A stretch of 64,000 nt of DNA from IMG/VR virus record IMGVR_UViG_3300044614_000912, positions 1 to 64,000 of that record, one strand, 5' to 3'. Within the stretch, counting starts at the first letter, position 1. Each line of letters opens with the position of its first letter. The notes under the pieces are model-generated. The model did no database searches and was not told the origin of the DNA. It saw only the letters and a list, made by a program, of their open reading frames with translations. The DNA is from a virus. A program made the translations under genes and the position numbers. Shown piece after piece: positions 57,874 to 64,000 of this stretch.

Positions 57874-59434
57874 TTTGGATTATAACGATAAGGCCACTTG
57901 GCAACTATTCGCAGAGGGTAAAACTAAGGGTATTTTCCAACTAGAAAGTAATCTTGGTAAATCTTGGGCTAAGAAGTTAGCACCAACCAATATCGAAGAA
58001 TTGTCGGCGCTTATCGCTATTATCCGACCGGGAACGCTCAAGGCTTATGTCGATGGTAAAAGCATGACGCAACACTATGTTGATAGAAAGCACGGGCGAG
58101 AAGAAGTCACGTATCTTCATCCCGCCCTAGAAGACGTTCTCAAAACAACGTATGGCGTTCTTGTGTATCAAGAACAGTCCATGCGTATAGCAGAAAAGAT
58201 TGCCGGATTTAATCTTCAAGAGGCAGACGTTCTTCGTAAAGCTATTGGCAAGAAAAAGGCTGATCTTATGAATGAAGTTAAAAAGTCTTTTATTGCTGGG
58301 GCTGAACGTGTAGGCATAGTCACCAAGGAAGAGGCAGAGCAAATATTCGGATGGATTGAGAAATCGTCTAGATATGCTTTCAACAAGTCACATAGCGTTT
58401 CATATGCGGTTTGTTCATATTGGAGTGCATACTTTAAGGCGCATAATACTTTAGAATTCTTTTTGTCATATCTCTATTATGCTAATGAAAAGCAAGACCC
58501 TCATCAAGAAATATATGAGCTAATATCTGAGGCAAAACTATTTGACATTCAAGTTAAGACCCCAAGCTTGGCTAATTTTGATACCAAGTTCAATATTCAA
58601 AAGAACAAGATATTTTTTGGAATTAAGGATATCAAATCTCTTACCGGTAAAACGGGCGATAAATTGATAGAGGCTATAGGAACATCAGAAAAAGAACTTG
58701 GCAAGAATATTACTAAGTTTACATGGTTAGAAATTCTGCTATTTCTTAGTCCTTTAGTTAGTTCAACAGCGTTTAAGGCACTGGCTTCCATAGGATTCTT
58801 TAGGGGTTTTGCGGATAAAATTACTAGAAATAAAGCCCTATATGACTATGATATTTTTAAGACCTTAACCAAGGCAGAACAAACGTGGATTCAAACCCAT
58901 TACAAAGATAAGAACTGGGGTTCATTTATTGAATGCTTGAAAGACCTAGCACCAACTAAGAAAGAGGGCGGTGGTACAAGCAAAGTTGATAGAAAACAAG
59001 CTATAGAAAATGAAATTCAGCTTTTAATCAATCCGCCATATGACCTAGAAGACGATCCAGCATGGGTTATAGATCAAGAAGTCAAATTCTTAGGTTGTCC
59101 AGTTAGTATGACAAAAGTTGAAACATCAGATACATCCGCTGCTAATACCACATGTAAAGAAATTGTGAATGGTAAAAGGGGCAAAGACTTATGTATAGTA
59201 GCAAACGTACAGCGTGTTTCGGAATACAAAATAACCAAGGGTGAATCCAAGGGGCAAATGATGGCCTTTTTAACAATAGAGGACGATACTTGTATGCTAG
59301 ATAGCGTAATTGTTTTCCCTAAAGTAAAAGAAAAGTACAAGTATGTCTTATATGAAGGTAATAATTTGATATTTTGTGGCTCAGTTGGTGAAAATGATAA
59401 TTCGTTTATAGTAAACCAAATACATGAAGTTTGA
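57863..59434 (+). CDS. dnaE: DNA polymerase III alpha, C-terminal half (fingers, HhH, OB)
   Basis: GIFQLES, IRPG, TYGVLVYQEQ, LRKAIGKK, YAFNKSHS, MAFLTIED. Confidence 0.95.
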   Translation: MLNDLDYNDKATWQLFAEGKTKGIFQLESNLGKSWAKKLAPTNIEELSALIAIIRPGTLKAYVDGKSMTQHYVDRKHGREEVTYLHPALEDVLKTTYGVLVYQEQSMRIAEKIAGFNLQEADVLRKAIGKKKADLMNEVKKSFIAGAERVGIVTKEEAEQIFGWIEKSSRYAFNKSHSVSYAVCSYWSAYFKAHNTLEFFLSYLYYANEKQDPHQEIYELISEAKLFDIQVKTPSLANFDTKFNIQKNKIFFGIKDIKSLTGKTGDKLIEAIGTSEKELGKNITKFTWLEILLFLSPLVSSTAFKALASIGFFRGFADKITRNKALYDYDIFKTLTKAEQTWIQTHYKDKNWGSFIECLKDLAPTKKEGGGTSKVDRKQAIENEIQLLINPPYDLEDDPAWVIDQEVKFLGCPVSMTKVETSDTSAANTTCKEIVNGKRGKDLCIVANVQRVSEYKITKGESKGQMMAFLTIEDDTCMLDSVIVFPKVKEKYKYVLYEGNNLIFCGSVGENDNSFIVNQIHEV

Positions 59435-59489
59435 GTGTGTTTTTTTAACATGTTCTTGCTAACATATTAGGATCAAGGAGATTAGATAC

Positions 59490-59801
59490 ATGAATATGTG
59501 TTCTTTTACTGGATATTTGGTAGAAAATCCAAGAATATCCGTTATTGACGATGTTGTAAAAGCAGAATTTATGATGGTGGTTTATACTTATCGTAGAACT
59601 AAAAGTGGCGAGAAGAATAGAATACCAACATATCTATATTGTGAAGCGTGGCACACCGGTGCCGAGACTCTAGAAAAGTATGCTACTAAAGGTACTAAAT
59701 TAAACGTATTAGCGTCAGCTAAAAATGTTTCCAAGGATAATCGATCAGTGATTTTCAGAATCAATGAGTTCGATTTTTGTCATCAAGACTTTGAAGACTA
59801 A
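59490..59801 (+). CDS. second SSB-like OB-fold protein
   Basis: TGYLVENP...CEAW..GAE....ATKG. Confidence 0.75.
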   Translation: MNMCSFTGYLVENPRISVIDDVVKAEFMMVVYTYRRTKSGEKNRIPTYLYCEAWHTGAETLEKYATKGTKLNVLASAKNVSKDNRSVIFRINEFDFCHQDFED

Positions 59802-59803
59802 TA

Positions 59804-61465
59804 ATGAGAAAAAAACGAATATTATTCTGTAGCGAAGCTACATTTTTAAATACTGGTTATGCTACATACACCAGAGAAATTCTAAACTATTTGCACAGCA
59901 CTGGCAAATATGAATTGGCAGAATTAGCAGCATATGGCGAAAGGAATGACCCTAGAGCGTCCAACATACCTTGGAAGTTTTATGGCGTTGTACCTCCGAA
60001 GGATGCATCAGAAGAAGAAAAGGCACAGTATGCCAATAATCCATTAGCACAATTTGGCGAATGGATATTTGAGCCTGTCTGCCTAGATTTTCAGCCAGAT
60101 ATAGTCTGCGATATACGAGACTTCTGGATGTTAGATTTTGCTGAAAGATCACCATATAGGAAGTTCTTCAAGTGGTGTATTATGCCTACGGTTGACGCTA
60201 GACCACAGGCTAGACAGTGGATATCAACGTATGAATCAGCCGACGCCTGCCTTACATATTCAGAATGGGCTGGAGAAGTTCTAAAAGAACAATCTGGCGG
60301 TAAAATCAAATATCTTGGTATTGCACCGCCATCCGCTCATGCTGCTTATCAACCAATAGAAGATAAAGCTGGACTAAGAGCAGCACTTGGTATTGATCCA
60401 GATGCCAAAATTATTGGCACAGTAATGCGAAATCAAAGACGCAAACTGTACCCAGATTTATTCCAAGCTTTTAGAATTCTTTTAGATACAGTCGAAGATA
60501 GCTCCAATTACTATCTATATTGTCATACTAGTTATCCAGATTTAGGATGGGATATTCCAGAATTATTACAAGAATATCGACTATCTTCTAAGGTTCTATT
60601 TACTTACATGTGCGGTCAAACCAATAGACCGTTCGTGTCCTTATTTAAGGGTGCTATTACGCAATCTCCGTATACTGGACAATATGGGGCTTCTCTATCA
60701 AATGTTAAAAATGGCGTAGAGTATGAAGACCTATCAAAGATAATCAATCTATTCGATATATACGTTCAGTATGCAAACTGTGAGGGGTTCGGTCTACCTC
60801 AAGTAGAGGCAGCGGCTTGTGGAATACCCGTAATGTCTACTGACTATTCTGCTATGGAAAGTGTTGTAAGAAATCTTGGCGGTATACCCATCAAGCCAAA
60901 AGCTCTATACAAAGAATTAGAAACTGGCTGTTTAAGAGCGGTTCCAGACAATGAACTGGCGGCACAAAAGCTCATTGAATTTTTTAATAAGCCTAGCGGC
61001 ATTAGAAAAAGGATAGGTTTTGAGACTAGACAATCATTTCTAAAGCATTACCAGTGGGACAAGAGCGGAAAGGCTTGGGAGGATTATTTTGATAGCGTAG
61101 ATATTTTACCAGAAGATTTGACATGGAAATCTCCACCTAGAATATTTACTCCAGAACCAAAGCCAGAACAATTACCACCAAATGTTAGTCATAAAGATTT
61201 AGCAAGATGGCTTATTACAAAAGTTTTATGTGAGCCAGATAAAGTTAATAGCTTTATGGAGGCTAGGCTAATCAGAGACTTGATGTATAAAGCCACAACA
61301 TCTACAACCGGTGGAATGTATTTTAATGAAAGTTCGGCGGCGTTTGATGGCAAACAAGGTAGAATGCCATTTGATCTAAACACAGCGTATCAGCATATGT
61401 CTAATCTATGTCAAAGAAGAAATTTTTGGGAACACAAAAGAGCAGAGGCATTTAAACTCATATGA
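59804..61465 (+). CDS. GT-B family 4 glycosyltransferase
   Basis: TGYATY, MRNQRRK, EGFGLPQVEAAACG. Confidence 0.92.
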   Translation: MRKKRILFCSEATFLNTGYATYTREILNYLHSTGKYELAELAAYGERNDPRASNIPWKFYGVVPPKDASEEEKAQYANNPLAQFGEWIFEPVCLDFQPDIVCDIRDFWMLDFAERSPYRKFFKWCIMPTVDARPQARQWISTYESADACLTYSEWAGEVLKEQSGGKIKYLGIAPPSAHAAYQPIEDKAGLRAALGIDPDAKIIGTVMRNQRRKLYPDLFQAFRILLDTVEDSSNYYLYCHTSYPDLGWDIPELLQEYRLSSKVLFTYMCGQTNRPFVSLFKGAITQSPYTGQYGASLSNVKNGVEYEDLSKIINLFDIYVQYANCEGFGLPQVEAAACGIPVMSTDYSAMESVVRNLGGIPIKPKALYKELETGCLRAVPDNELAAQKLIEFFNKPSGIRKRIGFETRQSFLKHYQWDKSGKAWEDYFDSVDILPEDLTWKSPPRIFTPEPKPEQLPPNVSHKDLARWLITKVLCEPDKVNSFMEARLIRDLMYKATTSTTGGMYFNESSAAFDGKQGRMPFDLNTAYQHMSNLCQRRNFWEHKRAEAFKLI

Positions 61466-62577
61466 AAACATTATTCATAGGACATTACAAAGAAGGTAGC
61501 GGTTGGTCGCATGGAGCGATTGATACGTTATTAGCAGCACAATCTGCTGGAATTGATATTGTAGCTAGAAATATTAAACTAACAAATTATCAACCAGAAA
61601 TCGATAAGAGAATTATTCAGTTAGAAAATAAGTCTCTACAGAACATAGAGTGCTGCATACAAAATGTTTTGCCTCATCATATCGTTGGTACTCAAAAGTT
61701 CAAAAAGAATATTGCTTATTTCGTGGGTGAATCAAATACTCTTAGATATAACAATTGGTTGAATCATCTGAAATTAGTAGATGAGGTTTGGGTGCCTAAT
61801 GTATCCTTACAGGAATCACTTCTATCTGATGGAATCAAAAGAGTTCGCGTCATACCATATGCTTGTGATATTACCAAGTATTCAAGGGTTAAGCACGGTA
61901 TAAACTTTGGACCGCATGAGCATAAATTCAAATTCTACTATATTGGCGATCTAAATGATCGTAAAAATATAGAGTCTATTATACGCGCTTTTCATAGTGA
62001 ATTTTATCATTTTGAACCAGTAAGTTTGATACTCAAAGTAAAGAAATTTGGTATCAATCCAAAGGACTTATTTCAGCATGTTACCAATATTTGTTCAAGC
62101 ATTAAGAAAGAACTAAGAATATATGGTGATATCAATCAATACCATAAAGAACTCATCATTTGTGACGATCTATCAGATGATCAAATTTTAGCCATGCATC
62201 ATTCGTGTAATTGTTTTGTGGCACCTTCCCACGGTGAAGGATGGTCTATACCAGCTTTTGATGCTATGAGCTTTGGCAAAACCCCCATTTGTAGTAATGA
62301 AGGTGGTCCTAGAGAATTCATCGATATTCAGAACAAGAATACCGGATGCCTTATTAATGGGATTTATTCTGTCTGCAATCACTCTGATCCTGCACTTCCC
62401 GGCTTATTTACTGGCAGAGAAGAATGGTTTGTACCAAGTGAAAGTGAAATCAAAAAAGCTATGAGATTTTATTACGAGAATAAAGATTCTATCAACAGAT
62501 CAGAAGGAATCAAAAGGGCGGAAGAATTCTCTCATAGCAATGTAGGACAAAAGATTAAGGAAGCAATCAATGATTAA
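61462..62577 (+). CDS. GT-B family 4 glycosyltransferase
   Basis: RKNI, PSHGEGWSIPAFDAMSFG. Confidence 0.9.
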   Translation: MKTLFIGHYKEGSGWSHGAIDTLLAAQSAGIDIVARNIKLTNYQPEIDKRIIQLENKSLQNIECCIQNVLPHHIVGTQKFKKNIAYFVGESNTLRYNNWLNHLKLVDEVWVPNVSLQESLLSDGIKRVRVIPYACDITKYSRVKHGINFGPHEHKFKFYYIGDLNDRKNIESIIRAFHSEFYHFEPVSLILKVKKFGINPKDLFQHVTNICSSIKKELRIYGDINQYHKELIICDDLSDDQILAMHHSCNCFVAPSHGEGWSIPAFDAMSFGKTPICSNEGGPREFIDIQNKNTGCLINGIYSVCNHSDPALPGLFTGREEWFVPSESEIKKAMRFYYENKDSINRSEGIKRAEEFSHSNVGQKIKEAIND

Positions 62578-63568
62578 TAATTCAGTAGAGCGATTAATTA
62601 ATATCGCAAATAAGCAAAAGCCAGAAAAGTACAACATCCTTACTTTTCCAACGCATGAAAGATATGAAACTCAGTTGTGCAAAACTGGGCATAATTTCTA
62701 TTCATTTCATTTGCCTAATTTAAAGAAGTGGGATTCTTCTCAAATTGCCACGCCTCCTAATTATCATATTTTACCAGAATCGCATATTTGTGATTTCATA
62801 GGATATGACTTCATACTTGTACAAAGCAAATACTGGCAGTACCAAGCTGCTCAACAAATTAATCAGCAATTAAATATACCAATTATCTGTTTGGAGCATA
62901 CATTACCAACTCCGCAAACCCTTAGTAAAGATCAAATACAATCAATGATAAACATGGTTGGTCATGTTAATGTGTTTATATCCAAGTTTTCAATGGACGC
63001 TTGGAAGATCAAATATAACACTGTTGTTATTCATCATGGCATTGATTCAGAAACATTTAAGCCAAATGGTGAGCAAAAGCAGGATTATGTCCTTACTGTA
63101 GCGAATGATTTTGTAAACAGAGACTATTGTTTAAATTATAATGGGTGGCAAAGAGTAACAAATAAACTCAAAACAAAACTAGTTGGAGACACAAAGGGAT
63201 TATCAAAATCAGCATCTTCGACAGAAGAACTTGTTAAGGAATATAATGTTTGCGGTGTGTATTTCAATAGTTCAACACTAAGCCCTATACCAACATCTTT
63301 ATTAGAGGCAATGAGTTGCGGATGTGCAGTTGTATCAACGGCAACATGTATGATACCAGAAATTATACAGAATGGCGTAAATGGTTTTATCTCTAATGAT
63401 GAACAAGAGTTGGAAGCATATCTCAATCAAATACTAAAAGATAAAGAACTTCAAAAAACCCTAGGAGAAAATGCCAGAAAGACCATCCTAGAAAGGTTTT
63501 CAGAGGATACATTTATTAATAAGTGGAATGAAATTTTCGACATAACATATGAGGTTTCAATACGATGA
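62570..63568 (+). CDS. GT-B family 4 glycosyltransferase
   Basis: HGID, SPIPTSLLEAMSCG, I.NGVNGF. Confidence 0.9.
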   Translation: MINNSVERLINIANKQKPEKYNILTFPTHERYETQLCKTGHNFYSFHLPNLKKWDSSQIATPPNYHILPESHICDFIGYDFILVQSKYWQYQAAQQINQQLNIPIICLEHTLPTPQTLSKDQIQSMINMVGHVNVFISKFSMDAWKIKYNTVVIHHGIDSETFKPNGEQKQDYVLTVANDFVNRDYCLNYNGWQRVTNKLKTKLVGDTKGLSKSASSTEELVKEYNVCGVYFNSSTLSPIPTSLLEAMSCGCAVVSTATCMIPEIIQNGVNGFISNDEQELEAYLNQILKDKELQKTLGENARKTILERFSEDTFINKWNEIFDITYEVSIR

Positions 63569-63993
63569 ACGTTTACATTACTGAAAATATTGATAAAGTT
63601 ATTGACGGGTATACGATGATCCCGATCATATATGGAAAAATAGATTTGGGGCAAGTTTCCAATAATGCTGCACAATCTATAGTAGCAATAGATGCTCTAG
63701 ATAGTATTCCAGTACAATTTTTGAATACTTTTCTTGATGATGTAAAAAGTAAGATGAGATTCAATAGTCAACTAGTTCTAGGCGGAACAGAACTTACCGT
63801 TATTTCTAGAGATGTGATGCTAGGCAATCTAAATACTCAGAAATACAATGAATTGATTTTTTCTAAGCGTGGTATTTACAATGTAAGCGATATTGTAAGC
63901 TTATTGCAAGATAAGGGTTTATTGGTTAACAAGTCTATCATAAAAGGATATAACTATGAAATCTCAGCCACAAGACCGCAGATTGCAAACTAG
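63565..63993 (+). CDS. truncated methyltransferase-like protein
   Basis: Resembles the C-terminal half of class I MTases; lacks motif I. Confidence 0.5.
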   Translation: MNVYITENIDKVIDGYTMIPIIYGKIDLGQVSNNAAQSIVAIDALDSIPVQFLNTFLDDVKSKMRFNSQLVLGGTELTVISRDVMLGNLNTQKYNELIFSKRGIYNVSDIVSLLQDKGLLVNKSIIKGYNYEISATRPQIAN

Positions 63994-64000
63994 TTGTAAG

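Noticed and set aside
56600-57950. Split intein or group I intron at the dnaE break
   Set aside because: There are no intein block A/B or HN-C/S/T motifs at either end. The interval is fully occupied by two coupled ORFs, leaving no room for a ribozyme core.
1-64000. Stop-codon reassignment as in some jumbo phages
   Set aside because: Core genes are full length under code 11, TAA, TAG and TGA all terminate genes, and no suppressor tRNA was seen.

Overview
This window is part of the genome of a large, AT-rich, tailed dsDNA bacteriophage (probably jumbo-sized). It uses genetic code 11, and essentially every gene is on the + strand. From start to end it holds: (1) 1-14.9 kb, an early/accessory region with an ATP-dependent DNA ligase, an Endo VII-type nuclease, about 40 small ORFs, 4 tRNAs, a complete tmRNA, thioredoxin, HNH, a trypsin-like protease and thyX; (2) 15-26.4 kb, rIIA/rIIB, tRNA-Tyr, guaC, a methyltransferase, dCMP deaminase, SSB, a deaminase/NDT/glycosyltransferase cluster and a sigma factor; (3) 26.4-38.8 kb, a late virion/lysis-like block with a PAS membrane protein, holin-like protein, papain-like protease, tail fibres, an LRR protein, a sulfotransferase fusion and a serine protease; (4) 38.8-59.8 kb, nucleotide metabolism and replication genes (nrdAB, dut, phoH, recA, dnaB, dnaG, dNMP kinase, PD-(D/E)XK nuclease, a bacterioferritin-like gene, and a dnaE split around a nuclease-like gene and dnaQ); (5) 59.8-64 kb, a glycosyltransferase cluster. 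The most notable observations are the intein-less split DnaE, a tRNA-Ser with an ACT anticodon, two-tier codon usage that matches the phage tRNA set, a GCCGAT-containing promoter class, a candidate base-modification operon, a ferroxidase-degenerate bacterioferritin and three candidate structured RNAs. All product calls come from motif recognition by eye; no database searches were run. A Planctomycetota/PVC host is inferred only.
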